DNA of 32,000 nucleotides, from positions 270,001-302,000 of the forward strand of contig JAFVFD010000005.1 of the NCBI GenBank assembly GCA_017475605.1, in the 5' to 3' direction. The translations under genes and the position numbers were made by a program. This document shows positions 1-8,896 of this stretch, one piece after another. The stretch's first letter is position 1, and the number at the start of each line of letters is the position of its first letter. The notes beneath the pieces were generated by a model, which was not told where the DNA came from, made no database searches, and worked only from the letters and a program-made list of their open reading frames with translations. Source of the stretch: Alphaproteobacteria bacterium. GTDB lineage: Bacteria > Pseudomonadota > Alphaproteobacteria > Rs-D84.

Positions 1-500
1 CGCATTTCACGAACAATAGCCTCGATACTGTTTGTCGGCATCAATGCCATTGTCATAACCCCATCGCCAATTGCGGTTGCGTCCGATGTAAACGATAATA
101 CCGGCAAATCATATGGTTTTGATTCACGCAACATACGCGCATCATTTGCGAACAACGGTCCAATAATAATTTCTGGATTAGAAGCCAATGCATCATTTAT
201 CGCATCTGCCCCGCGCGCCGAATCAAAGAATGATACGGACAAATTATCCGCCCCGGTGGACAAAGTCGCCATTTCAACCGATGTACGAATTGCGCGCCCG
301 GCCGCCGCGGCATCGCCACTTGTTGGCAAGATAACAGCAACACGATGGTTTGCCGCATCATTATATGCCCCATACATCATCGATGCAGGTGTGGTTGTCG
401 CATCGTTATAATCAACCGACCAACGACCACGCGGACCACCCGCGCATCCCACAAGCAGCCCACACAATGCCAAAAATCCGAAAATTCTTTTTATATACAT
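1..500 (-). CDS. LpoA-like penicillin-binding-protein activator / periplasmic-binding-fold lipoprotein (N-terminal part; ORF runs off the window at position 1)
   Basis: Reverse translation from ATG at 500-498 gives MYIKRIFGFLALCGLLVGCAGG (lipobox LLVGC). It continues VAVILPTSGDAAAAGRAIRTSVEMA...PEIIIGPLFANDARML...LPVLSFTSDATAIG, the type-1 periplasmic-binding-fold pattern of LpoA-like proteins. The gene is divergent from rsmI, as yraM/lpoA is in E. coli. It is absent from the ORF track because no stop lies in the window. Confidence 0.55.
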   Translation of the reverse strand, partial: MYIKRIFGFLALCGLLVGCAGGPRGRWSVDYNDATTTPASMMYGAYNDAANHRVAVILPTSGDAAAAGRAIRTSVEMATLSTGADNLSVSFFDSARGADAINDALASNPEIIIGPLFANDARMLRESKPYDLPVLSFTSDATAIGDGVMTMALMPTNSIEAIVREM

Positions 501-548
501 TGAAAAATCCATTTATTTCTGTAATATTTTACTATAAAGGATTTAAAA

Positions 549-1349
549 ATGCAATCAGGGCTTTACATTGTTGGCACACCTATTGGAAACCTGGGTGATT
601 TTTCCCCCCGCGCAATAGAAGTTTTGCGTGGTGTAGATTTAATTGCCGCCGAAGATACACGCGTGTTTGGTAAATTGGCATCGCACTTTGATATCAAAAC
701 AAAACGCGTATCATGCCACGATCACAACGAACGCGATGTTATACCAGAATTGATTGAAAAATTGCGCGGTGGCGCATCAATCGCGGCGGTGTCCGATGCC
801 GGTATGCCGGGGGTAAGCGATCCTGGATTTCGCCTTGTGCGTGCGGCACGCGCGGAAAACATACCTGTATTTGTTGTCCCCGGTCCCACTGCGGCAATTT
901 CCGCATTGGTATTATCAGGCTTTCCAACGGACCGTTTTACCTTTTGTGGTTTTTTTGATCCTAAAAAATTACACGATGACAACCGTATTCGCCACACTAT
1001 AATTTATTATGAAAGTCCTAATCGCATAATGGACACTATCGCAGATTTGGCGCGTGTTATGCCCGAACGACAAATTGCAATTGTTCGTGAAATTACAAAA
1101 ATACACGAAGAAGCAATTATTGGTTATCCCGCAGATTTAATGCACATAGCGGCCCCACGCGGTGAAATTGTAATTGTTGTTGCGCCCGCCCCTGACCACA
1201 AAATGTCAGACACTGAAATAAGTGATATTGTAAATGATATCGCGGCAACATCGACAAAATCTGCGGCGGCGGATTTGGCGGCACGTGCCGGCATATCAAA
1301 GAAAGAGGCATACAAACGCATGCTTGCCAAGGGGGACAACAATGATTAA
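549..1349 (+). CDS. rsmI: 16S rRNA (cytidine1402-2'-O)-methyltransferase RsmI
   Basis: 266-aa ORF. N-terminus LYIVGTPIGNLGDFSPRAIEVLRGVDLIAAEDTR, then SDAGMPGVSDPGFRLV and VPGPTAAISALVLSG, which are canonical RsmI / tetrapyrrole-methylase-fold motifs. Confidence 0.9.
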   Translation: MQSGLYIVGTPIGNLGDFSPRAIEVLRGVDLIAAEDTRVFGKLASHFDIKTKRVSCHDHNERDVIPELIEKLRGGASIAAVSDAGMPGVSDPGFRLVRAARAENIPVFVVPGPTAAISALVLSGFPTDRFTFCGFFDPKKLHDDNRIRHTIIYYESPNRIMDTIADLARVMPERQIAIVREITKIHEEAIIGYPADLMHIAAPRGEIVIVVAPAPDHKMSDTEISDIVNDIAATSTKSAAADLAARAGISKKEAYKRMLAKGDNND

Positions 1350-1896
1350 ATTTGTTGGTGGATTTGAAGCAGTGGAATCTTTACCCAAAACCCAATTTGC
1401 CGAATATGCGTTTGTCGGGCGCAGTAATGTTGGTAAATCATCATTAATTAATGCGATTGTTGGTGTGCCTGTTGCACGCACATCGAACACACCGGGACGC
1501 ACACAGACATTAAATCTTTTTAACATGGACGATAAAATTATGATTGTGGACCTGCCGGGATATGGTTATGCCCGCGTATCACGCGCGGATGCGATGCGAT
1601 GGTTAAAAAGATTAGAAGAATACTTGTTGACCCGCAGCCAATTAAAACGGTTGTTTATTTTGATTGATTCGCGCATTGGCCCACGCGATTCTGACCTGGA
1701 CTTAATGGACTTCTGTGATACAAACGCGATTCAATATCAAATCGTGTATACCAAGCGGGACAAGCGCACACGCAAAGAAAACCAAATAAAAATAAACCAT
1801 ACCGAACATGGTGCGATGGTACCTGAAATAATTGAAACATCGGCCGAAAAGAAAACAGGCATTGAACCTTTAAGGAAAATCATTGGCATCAAATAA
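1342..1896 (+). CDS. engB: Ribosome-biogenesis GTPase EngB/YihA
   Basis: G1 GRSNVGKSSLINA, G2 TPGRTQ and G3 DLPGYGYA. ATG at 1342 follows GGGGGA and overlaps the rsmI stop by 8 nt. The longer track ORF from 1234 lies inside rsmI and was rejected. Confidence 0.9.
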   Translation: MIKFVGGFEAVESLPKTQFAEYAFVGRSNVGKSSLINAIVGVPVARTSNTPGRTQTLNLFNMDDKIMIVDLPGYGYARVSRADAMRWLKRLEEYLLTRSQLKRLFILIDSRIGPRDSDLDLMDFCDTNAIQYQIVYTKRDKRTRKENQIKINHTEHGAMVPEIIETSAEKKTGIEPLRKIIGIK

Positions 1897-4435
1897 AAAT
1901 ATATTTTACGCAACAAACCCCGCAAATATGTTGGACGCACTTTGGCGAACAATAGACGCGTCAGGTGTTGCGTTATCTGATATATTGCTTTTTTTACCAA
2001 GTCGTCGTGCCGTACGCAGTGTGGAACAAATGCTGGTAAAAAAATACGGGCATGCGGTATTTTTACCACACCTGATTGCATTGGGCGAAGGGGTTGATGA
2101 AGATGACGAATATGAACCCGCAACACCTGATACCGTATCAAATACAGAACGCGTTGTAATTTTAGCCAGGTTATTATCGGCGGACAAAAACATTGGGAAT
2201 ATCGCAACCGCCCTGCCTATTGCGCATGATTTGGTACGACTGACAGATTATCTTGAAAACGAAGGTATTGATGCTTCAAAAATTTCCTGGACAGAATTAG
2301 TTGATGATCGTTTTGCTGAACATTTCAAGGGCAAGGCGCGCATATTAAAAATATTGTCTGAAAATATTTCTGCGATTACGCATGGTTGTAAAACAACAAC
2401 CCAAAAACGCAACGCAGATATTCGCGCATGGATTGATTTTTTGAATAAACCTGACAATAAATATAAACTGATTATCGTTTGTGGTTCCACCGCCAGTGTT
2501 CCCGCCACCGCCGATTTAATGGCACACATAGCGGGCATGCCGAATGGTATAATTATTTTATCAGGTAAAATTGCGGGGCGCACATCTGATTTTGAATTAA
2601 CAACGAATCCCTATTATTCTGAATACAGGTTTTTAACCAGCATTGGTTGCGATGTTTCAGAAATTCAACCAATCAATGTTGGTGATTCCAAAACCATTGA
2701 TTTTATGAATGCGACGTTTGGTAATAATCCGGCATTACCGGAAAACCAGGATGCCGTATCACATTGTCATCTTGTTGAATGCGACCGCGAAAGTGTCGAA
2801 GCCATTGCCGTTGCCGAAATAGCCGCACGCGCAATCAGTGATAATAAATCTGTATTGGTAATTACACCCGATGCCGCCGGAAATCAACGTATCGCGTCCG
2901 CGCTATCTGCGCGTAATATTGCAGCAGATTTTTCTGGTGGCCGTCCCGCAACGATGCATAACATTGGTCGCGCGATTCTAAATACTTTTGATGAATGGAT
3001 TGAACACGACAAAAGCAATTTCGATGATTTATATAAAACTACAAACTATGATTTGTTTGAAACTATTTTAAAAATGGTTGATGACACAACCGATATTGTT
3101 TGGGCCCCCACGTTTAACCCAACAGATAAAGATACCATATCTATATGGACTGCGTTGCGCGAATTATCAGATGCATTAAAAAATAATGGAATTATATTAA
3201 GTACACCCGATGCGCGTGCATTTATTGCGGACACATTATCGGGGGTTGTTATACGCACCACACCCGATACAGACACGCGTGTTTGCGTATTGGGAACAAT
3301 TGAATCGCGTATGCAGACCGCCGATGTTATTATTTTAACCGGCCTTAATGACGGAATGTTTCCGGCGCGTGGATATGAAAACGCATGGTTACCAACCGCG
3401 ATTGCTGAAAAAATCGGTCTGCCATCACCAAACCGGAAAGTATCATTGATGTCGCTGGACTTTATGAACCTGTCATGTGGGGCAACGGTTTATTGGTTAC
3501 GCAGCATGGTTTCCGGTGGCACCCAAACGACCGAGTCGCGTTTTATATCACGCATTATGGCGCGTGGCGGCAAATTTGATACTGAAATTGGACGACAAAT
3601 CGTATCCAACATTCATGCGCGTGATAACATTGAATTACGGCAACTGGACTATTCCGCGCCGACACCGCCGGCCGATTGGTCCGATGTTTATGTAACAGAT
3701 TTAGAATATTTAATTCACAATCCATATGCCTTTTATGCGCGGCACATATTGCGCCTTTATCCAATTAACGATTATTGGCTGGGGCCGGATGCACGCGATT
3801 TCGGCACAATGATTCACGCGATAATAAAAGATGCGAAACCAGGCGACAGTCCATCAACACTTGTTGCGCGACTGGATGCGGCGGCAATCAAGATTTTAAA
3901 AACCGACGGCATATTATTCCGTTTTTGGCATAAACGTTTTATGGAAATGGCACCAATTATTGCGAATGAATTAATTGCGCATCCGAATGCAGATTCTGAA
4001 ATATCTGGTTCTGTGGAAATACCAGTTGGGGAAAATGGCGCAAAACGCACTGTTCGCGCACGTGCCGACCGCATCTGCGACGGCATGGTTATGGACATAA
4101 AAACAGGTGCCGCACCAAAGCCATCACAACTGTCGGCGGGCACAATGCCACAATTACCATTAGAGGCATTAATGTTACAATCTGGTGGCTTTAAAATACC
4201 AACAACAGATCGCAGCAAAACACCGGTCATGATGTTTTTACAATTACAAAGCAATCATGTGAAAAAAATAGAGTTTGATTACAATACAACACAAATGATG
4301 ATAGATGCCGCTGTGGCAAAGACACAGGAAGTATTCAAAACATATTCTGCCGGCCAAGCACCATATGAATACCACGAAACGAATGATTATCGATATAAAA
4401 CATACGACGACCTGGCCCGCGTTGATGATTTATAA
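1883..4435 (+). CDS. addB: Double-strand break repair protein AddB (alphaproteobacterial type)
   Basis: 850-aa ORF. TTG at 1883 overlaps the engB end by 14 nt; an ATG alternative lies at 1928. The C-terminus carries a RecB-family nuclease motif, RADRICDGMVMDIKTGAAPKPSQLSAGTMPQLPLEALML. Length and N-terminal IFYATNPANMLDALW fit AddB. Confidence 0.7.
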   Translation: MASNKNIFYATNPANMLDALWRTIDASGVALSDILLFLPSRRAVRSVEQMLVKKYGHAVFLPHLIALGEGVDEDDEYEPATPDTVSNTERVVILARLLSADKNIGNIATALPIAHDLVRLTDYLENEGIDASKISWTELVDDRFAEHFKGKARILKILSENISAITHGCKTTTQKRNADIRAWIDFLNKPDNKYKLIIVCGSTASVPATADLMAHIAGMPNGIIILSGKIAGRTSDFELTTNPYYSEYRFLTSIGCDVSEIQPINVGDSKTIDFMNATFGNNPALPENQDAVSHCHLVECDRESVEAIAVAEIAARAISDNKSVLVITPDAAGNQRIASALSARNIAADFSGGRPATMHNIGRAILNTFDEWIEHDKSNFDDLYKTTNYDLFETILKMVDDTTDIVWAPTFNPTDKDTISIWTALRELSDALKNNGIILSTPDARAFIADTLSGVVIRTTPDTDTRVCVLGTIESRMQTADVIILTGLNDGMFPARGYENAWLPTAIAEKIGLPSPNRKVSLMSLDFMNLSCGATVYWLRSMVSGGTQTTESRFISRIMARGGKFDTEIGRQIVSNIHARDNIELRQLDYSAPTPPADWSDVYVTDLEYLIHNPYAFYARHILRLYPINDYWLGPDARDFGTMIHAIIKDAKPGDSPSTLVARLDAAAIKILKTDGILFRFWHKRFMEMAPIIANELIAHPNADSEISGSVEIPVGENGAKRTVRARADRICDGMVMDIKTGAAPKPSQLSAGTMPQLPLEALMLQSGGFKIPTTDRSKTPVMMFLQLQSNHVKKIEFDYNTTQMMIDAAVAKTQEVFKTYSAGQAPYEYHETNDYRYKTYDDLARVDDL

Positions 4436-4440
4436 TATAA

Positions 4441-5211
4441 CTATTTCAGTTTAATCATTAGGCCACAATGATCGGTTGGTTTGTCTGCCAATCGTGGCGA
4501 CATATCTATTTCGCAATTCGCAATCATTTTATTCGCCACACGATTACAAAGGAAATAATCTAATCGCAATCCCTGGCGATTGCCAACGGTATCACGTCCG
4601 CGATATCCATACCAGGTATAGTCTATTTCATCTGGGTGTAATTTGCGCCACGCGTCAATCCAGCCTGCATCCAGCCATGATTGCATTATGCTGCGTGCCT
4701 CTGGTGCGGCGATTGCGATACCCACATAATTTTTCGGATTCCAAACATCCCTGTCTTCCAGTGCGACATTAAAATCACCACCGATTATAACCGCCTCTTC
4801 TGAATCAAGGTATTGCGATATATATTCGCCAAACACATGCATCCATTCCAGTTTATATGGAAACTTTGGTGAATCGACGGTATCACCATTTGGCATATAG
4901 GCATTTATAATACGCACACGCCCATCAATCACACATTCAATCAAACGCGCCGCAGGGTCTGCATAATTGGGCAACCCGCGGGATACATCTTCGATGGAAT
5001 ACTTGGAAAAAATCGCCACACCATTATAACTTTTTTGGCCAAAGACCCGTATATTATAACCATAGTCATCAAAAAGATTATGCGGGAATGCCGCATCTTC
5101 AACCTTAATTTCCTGGACCATGATTACGTCGTATTCCCCAGAGCGCAAAATGTCTATAAAACTTGTCGCATGGGCACGGATAGAGTTGATATTAAGAGTC
5201 ATAATTTTCAT
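4441..5211 (-). CDS. xth: Exodeoxyribonuclease III
   Basis: MKIMTLNINSIRAH...VIMVQEIK...GGDFNV...DHCGLMIKL is the EEP-nuclease (ExoIII) pattern. ATG at 5211 was chosen. The 39-aa N-terminal extension in the track (to 5328) overlaps the divergent neighbour. Confidence 0.9.
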   Translation of the reverse strand: MKIMTLNINSIRAHATSFIDILRSGEYDVIMVQEIKVEDAAFPHNLFDDYGYNIRVFGQKSYNGVAIFSKYSIEDVSRGLPNYADPAARLIECVIDGRVRIINAYMPNGDTVDSPKFPYKLEWMHVFGEYISQYLDSEEAVIIGGDFNVALEDRDVWNPKNYVGIAIAAPEARSIMQSWLDAGWIDAWRKLHPDEIDYTWYGYRGRDTVGNRQGLRLDYFLCNRVANKMIANCEIDMSPRLADKPTDHCGLMIKLK

Positions 5212-5277
5212 GTTGGAAATCCATTGTTTTAGTATTATAATAACCGCAACAAAATATAAAATACAAGGATTTTTAAA

Positions 5278-6861
5278 ATGAATATGTACAAGTTTCTGGA
5301 AAACACCGTAAGTCAATTTCCAGACCATTTATTTTTGGTGCGTGAAAATGTAACATATACCAAATTTTTGGAAATGGTACGCGCGCGCGCCGCATCCCTG
5401 CATGCCGCCGGGGTTAAATCGGGCGATGTTGTTGGGATATTGTCGCACAATATACCCGAATTTCCAATTACACTATTTGCTGTTTGGTTTTTGGGCGGTC
5501 GTGTATTGATGTTGGACACCAACCTTACCCCGTTTGAATATGACAATATGACCGCTATTACAGATTGTCATTTTGTTTGTGCGGAACCGTCATTTTTCTA
5601 TAAAACGAAAAACTTTACCTTCTATGATATTACCAAGAAAGATGGCAAACCAAACCCCGATTTGGAACCTGCCGCATTGGAATCTGTTGATATCGCAACA
5701 TTGTCCTTTACATCTGGCTCTACTGGCACACCAAAGGTTGTACCACTTACCCACTTTAATTTAATCGAATGTGCACATTCGTTAAAGGATATGCGTGAAT
5801 ACATTAACGATGGTGATTATATGTATGGATTTTTGCCAATGTATCACATCTTTGGGTTTGCGGTGGAAATATTGGCAACGGTGGAATACGGTGATGGCCT
5901 TATTTTACAACCAAGCATCAATCCAAAACTATTACTTGCCGATTTCAAGGAATTCCGTCCACAAATCATACCTGCGGTACCGCGTTTGTTTGAAATCATA
6001 CGCAACCGCATTATTGATCAGTTAAAGGCGCGTCGCCTGTGGTGGTTTGCACGCATCGTATTGCGCTATGGCAAAGCATTGGAAAGAATCGGCCTTGGTT
6101 TCCTTGTACGCAAGGTTCAGGACCCTGTTCGTGAAATCTTTGGTGGCCGCGTCAGTTTGTTGATTGCCGGCGGTGCCGCCACCAAGCCAGAGGTTGAAAC
6201 ATTCTATGAACGCCTTGGTATGCCCTTTATCCAGGGTTATGGCATGACGGAAACTGTTGGACCAATCTGTATTTCAAAACGTACCAAGAAACGTTTACCG
6301 TTTGCCTTTGGCGCACCAACCACAAATAACGAGGTTGAAATTCGCAACAAAGACGAAGACGGCATCGGTGTTTTATGGGTACGTGGACACCAGGTTTTCG
6401 GTGGCTATCTTAATAACCCAGAAGTGAACGCAACTGTATTTGATGAACGCGGTTTCTTTAATACAGGCGATTTGGTGTCTATGGATAAAAATGGCGAATT
6501 ACATTTTGCCGGCCGTAAAAAACAGGTTATTGTCCTTGATTCCGGTAAAAATGTTTACCCCGATGAATTGGAAGCGATGTTTATGAAAATACCAGGTGTA
6601 AAAAATGTTGCGGTATTCGAACATCGCCTGAAAGACAAAACTGTTTCCTATGCGGTATTTAGTGTTGAACCAGATATGACAATGGAAAAGTTGTCGTCCG
6701 CCGTCGCGAACGCAAACAAGAAGTTGGCATCTTATAAATGGGTTACGCACTTTGCCATGACAACAGATGATTTGCCCACGACCAGCACACAAAAGGTAAA
6801 ACATCATGTTGTTCGTCAAAACCTTATTGATGGTAAATACCCAATACAGAAAGACAATTAA
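5278..6861 (+). CDS. AMP-dependent acyl-CoA synthetase (long-chain-fatty-acid--CoA ligase-like)
   Basis: AMP-binding motifs LSFTSGSTGTPKVV, GYGMTET, TGDL and GRKKQVIVLDSGKNVYP. 527 aa. Confidence 0.85.
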   Translation: MNMYKFLENTVSQFPDHLFLVRENVTYTKFLEMVRARAASLHAAGVKSGDVVGILSHNIPEFPITLFAVWFLGGRVLMLDTNLTPFEYDNMTAITDCHFVCAEPSFFYKTKNFTFYDITKKDGKPNPDLEPAALESVDIATLSFTSGSTGTPKVVPLTHFNLIECAHSLKDMREYINDGDYMYGFLPMYHIFGFAVEILATVEYGDGLILQPSINPKLLLADFKEFRPQIIPAVPRLFEIIRNRIIDQLKARRLWWFARIVLRYGKALERIGLGFLVRKVQDPVREIFGGRVSLLIAGGAATKPEVETFYERLGMPFIQGYGMTETVGPICISKRTKKRLPFAFGAPTTNNEVEIRNKDEDGIGVLWVRGHQVFGGYLNNPEVNATVFDERGFFNTGDLVSMDKNGELHFAGRKKQVIVLDSGKNVYPDELEAMFMKIPGVKNVAVFEHRLKDKTVSYAVFSVEPDMTMEKLSSAVANANKKLASYKWVTHFAMTTDDLPTTSTQKVKHHVVRQNLIDGKYPIQKDN

Positions 6862-6892
6862 AAAAGCACCGGCGGTTGCCGGTGTTTTTTTT
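6861..6892. terminator. Intrinsic terminator after the acyl-CoA synthetase gene (CACCGGC family)
   Basis: aaaaaG-CACCGGC-ggtt-GCCGGTG-tttttttt: 7-bp GC stem, 4-nt loop, U-tract, with an A-tract on the other side. Confidence 0.8.
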
Positions 6893-6906
6893 AACTAAAA
6901 GACCGG

Positions 6907-6935
6907 TTGCAAAAAATCCTATTTTCACATATAAT
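6907..6935 (+). promoter_or_regulatory. Near-consensus sigma70 promoter for the 37-aa ORF
   Basis: TTGCAA (6907-6912), a 17-nt spacer, then TATAAT (6930-6935). Confidence 0.55.
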
Positions 6936-6967
6936 TAACAATGGATACAAAACAAAAGGAGTCCATA

Positions 6968-7081
6968 ATGCTTACACTTATATTTGTTATTTTGAAACTG
7001 ACCAAGGTTGTTAATTGGTCATGGTGGTGGATATTGTTAACATTGGCATTGGACGGCGGTGTATTTGGCCGTATTCTGTAA
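6968..7081 (+). CDS. Small hydrophobic membrane peptide (37 aa, WSWWW motif)
   Basis: MLTLIFVILKLTKVVNWSWWWILLTLALDGGVFGRIL. AAGGAG sits 6 nt before the ATG, with a consensus promoter upstream and a terminator immediately downstream. It is below the ORF-track size cutoff. The LKL..V.WSWWW pattern resembles small TMEM185/Fragile-X-F-like bacterial and phage peptides, recalled from memory. Confidence 0.5.
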   Translation: MLTLIFVILKLTKVVNWSWWWILLTLALDGGVFGRIL

Positions 7082-7093
7082 TAACACCTATTA

Positions 7094-7123
7094 CAAAAAC
7101 ACCCACGATTGTGGGTGTTTTTT
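7094..7123. terminator. Bidirectional intrinsic terminator shared by the convergent peptide and PNP-fold genes
   Basis: aaaaa-ACACCCAC-gatt-GTGGGTGT-tttttt. A-tract and U-tract flank an 8-bp stem. Confidence 0.75.
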
Positions 7124-7634
7124 ATTGTTCTGAAATTATTTTAAATAACATACTGTTTGCGATTTTCCAAGCATCACTAATATCAACACTTTTCCAATCA
7201 TGAAAATTTAAATTATCTGAAACAATTTTAACTGATTTAATTGTTGGAAACAAACTGGCTAATGTATAAAGTTCCATATCAAATATGCCTGTGTGTTCAC
7301 TTGATTCAACAAAGTCAAAAGATGAATAGCATTTGACATTTGATGTGGTATCCAGGGTATATTCTGGACATGGAAAGTGTTTAGAGTTTTGTTCAGCCGC
7401 CGCCACACCAACATTTACCACCGTACCAATTGGATATTCATTTGAACCGACATAGCCTATGTTAAAAAATCTATCGCCATGATTAAATTTTTTATTCAAA
7501 AATAATTTTGCCAGTGTCCGTAATGTCGCCGGACAACCAATACCCAAAACTATTATTTCTGTTGTTTGTTCAAGTTCAGGTGGTATTTTGATATTGTCTG
7601 CCTCTTGTTTATCCGCAACCAAAATATAGTTCAT
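7122..7634 (-). CDS. Minimal PNP_UDP_1 (MTA/SAH-nucleosidase-like) fold protein, 170 aa
   Basis: Ordered motifs match E. coli MTAN: ILVADKQEAD (IIGAMEEE), LGIGCPATL (SGIGKVAAA), FNIGYVGS (INTGSAGG), IGTVVNV (VGDIVVS), FDMELYTLA (VEMEATAIA) and VKIVSDN (VRAISDV). The catalytic E, E and D equivalents are retained. ATG at 7634 follows AAGGA. The track start at 7685 is a TTG. Confidence 0.65.
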   Translation of the reverse strand: MNYILVADKQEADNIKIPPELEQTTEIIVLGIGCPATLRTLAKLFLNKKFNHGDRFFNIGYVGSNEYPIGTVVNVGVAAAEQNSKHFPCPEYTLDTTSNVKCYSSFDFVESSEHTGIFDMELYTLASLFPTIKSVKIVSDNLNFHDWKSVDISDAWKIANSMLFKIISEQ

Positions 7635-7810
7635 TGTTATATCCTTTTTATAATACAAGTGTATAGTGAAAATAGATAAAAACAAATAAAAATCAAAAGA
7701 AATTCCCTTGGTCGATTTTTTAAGATTTTTCTAATTGTCTATTCTCGTATTGGTCATGCGTGCCGTTGGCACTCTGACCGATCCACCCACCCCACTTTAT
7801 CAAAAACAAA

Positions 7811-7839
7811 AACCACCCTTTCTGGTGGTTTGTATTTTT
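7811..7839. terminator. Orphan terminator-like hairpin in the 330-nt non-coding stretch
   Basis: caaaaacaaaAACCACC-ctttct-GGTGGTT-tgtattttt. Both strands have U-tracts, and no ORF ends here. Confidence 0.4.
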
Positions 7840-8015
7840 GGTGGGAATCAGCTTGCACTAATCGAGCAGGAAACAAACAAGAATTTGCCGATTTAATGCA
7901 ACGGGTAAAAGAGTTTAAAGATAAATGGTTAATTTCACCCGAGGGTGAAAATTGATTAGTTGAAAACTTTTACATATTGGAATATAATCATATTGTGTAA
8001 TAAGAAGGAACTATA

Positions 8016-8891
8016 GTGATGTATCAGCCAATTGAAATATTCTTAATGTTGTTATTACTTGGTTTGTTTGTTGCAGTAATACTATTAATCTCTCAATACA
8101 ATAAAAAAACATTAGAAAGAACAAAAGCTACATTGGCAAAAAAGGGTTTAAAACAAGAACGGTTATCTTGCAAACAAGCAATAGTTAATTTTTTTGCGAA
8201 AGCTTTTGATTTTAAGTCTAGAGCAGCACTATCAGAATTATGGTGGATTGTATTATGTATTATTTTTCCTATGAATGTTATTGAAAAAATGTGGCCAATG
8301 GTCTGGTTGTTTTTATTATTATTCTTCGTTGTGCCTCTTTTATCTTTGAGTGTAAGACGATTCCGAGACGTAGGAATTTCACCAGTAATAGCAATTTCAA
8401 TATTCTTTCTTAAACCTATAATAGAGGCGATTGGGGCAGCCAATTTTAATGGAATGTGGGTGCTATGGTTTTTCTTGCTGGGTCTTGTATGCTTGGTTGT
8501 GCAAGTATGGGCCGTGTTTAGAGCCTCAGATCCATTTGATAATAAGTTCGGAAAAATTCCGAATGTTATCCCACTAAATAAAAAAGAAAACAAACCCCAA
8601 AAAACTAACATATCAATTACAAACACTTTACAAAAAATATATTTTAATACTATAAAAAATACAGGAAATATTAGGTTGTTGTTTGTTTTGGGGATTATAT
8701 GTAGTTTTATTTGCTTGAACAATGTATATGACAGTTATTCTTGGCATAAATTGTACAACAACTCTTATTCTTTATGGAATTTTTTATGGGTAATTTTTTG
8801 GTTTTATGTGCCGTTCTTTGTTGTGTTTCCTATAAAATTTATCATTGATGGTTATAAACAAGAAAAGAAAAAGAACACAAATAAAAAGTAA
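8016..8891 (+). CDS. DUF805-family inner-membrane protein with an extra C-terminal membrane region
   Basis: An N-terminal TM helix is followed by F..RAALSELWW...LSLSVRRFRDVGISP, the DUF805 signature (GRxxRxEFWW ... RRLHDxGxSG). Further TM segments follow. GTG at 8016 or ATG at 8019, after AAGGA. About 27-30% GC. Confidence 0.7.
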   Translation: MMYQPIEIFLMLLLLGLFVAVILLISQYNKKTLERTKATLAKKGLKQERLSCKQAIVNFFAKAFDFKSRAALSELWWIVLCIIFPMNVIEKMWPMVWLFLLLFFVVPLLSLSVRRFRDVGISPVIAISIFFLKPIIEAIGAANFNGMWVLWFFLLGLVCLVVQVWAVFRASDPFDNKFGKIPNVIPLNKKENKPQKTNISITNTLQKIYFNTIKNTGNIRLLFVLGIICSFICLNNVYDSYSWHKLYNNSYSLWNFLWVIFWFYVPFFVVFPIKFIIDGYKQEKKKNTNKK

Positions 8892-8896
8892 AATAC

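Noticed and set aside
350-598. 82-aa + strand ORF
   Set aside because: It overlaps the N-terminus of the minus-strand LpoA-like lipoprotein and the rsmI start, and has no supporting signals.
7680-7955. Long stop-free + frame ending ...NKQEFADLMQRVKEFKDKWLISPEGEN*
   Set aside because: There is no ATG or GTG with an RBS. The only in-frame starts give 42 aa or fewer. The frame runs through two stable hairpins. It may be a decayed gene remnant, but I cannot support a CDS or pseudogene call.
8093-8722. 209-aa minus-strand ORF inside the DUF805 gene
   Set aside because: The + strand frame carries the DUF805 signature (ELWW...RRFRDVG) and clean TM helices. The antisense frame stays open only because of the extreme AT content.
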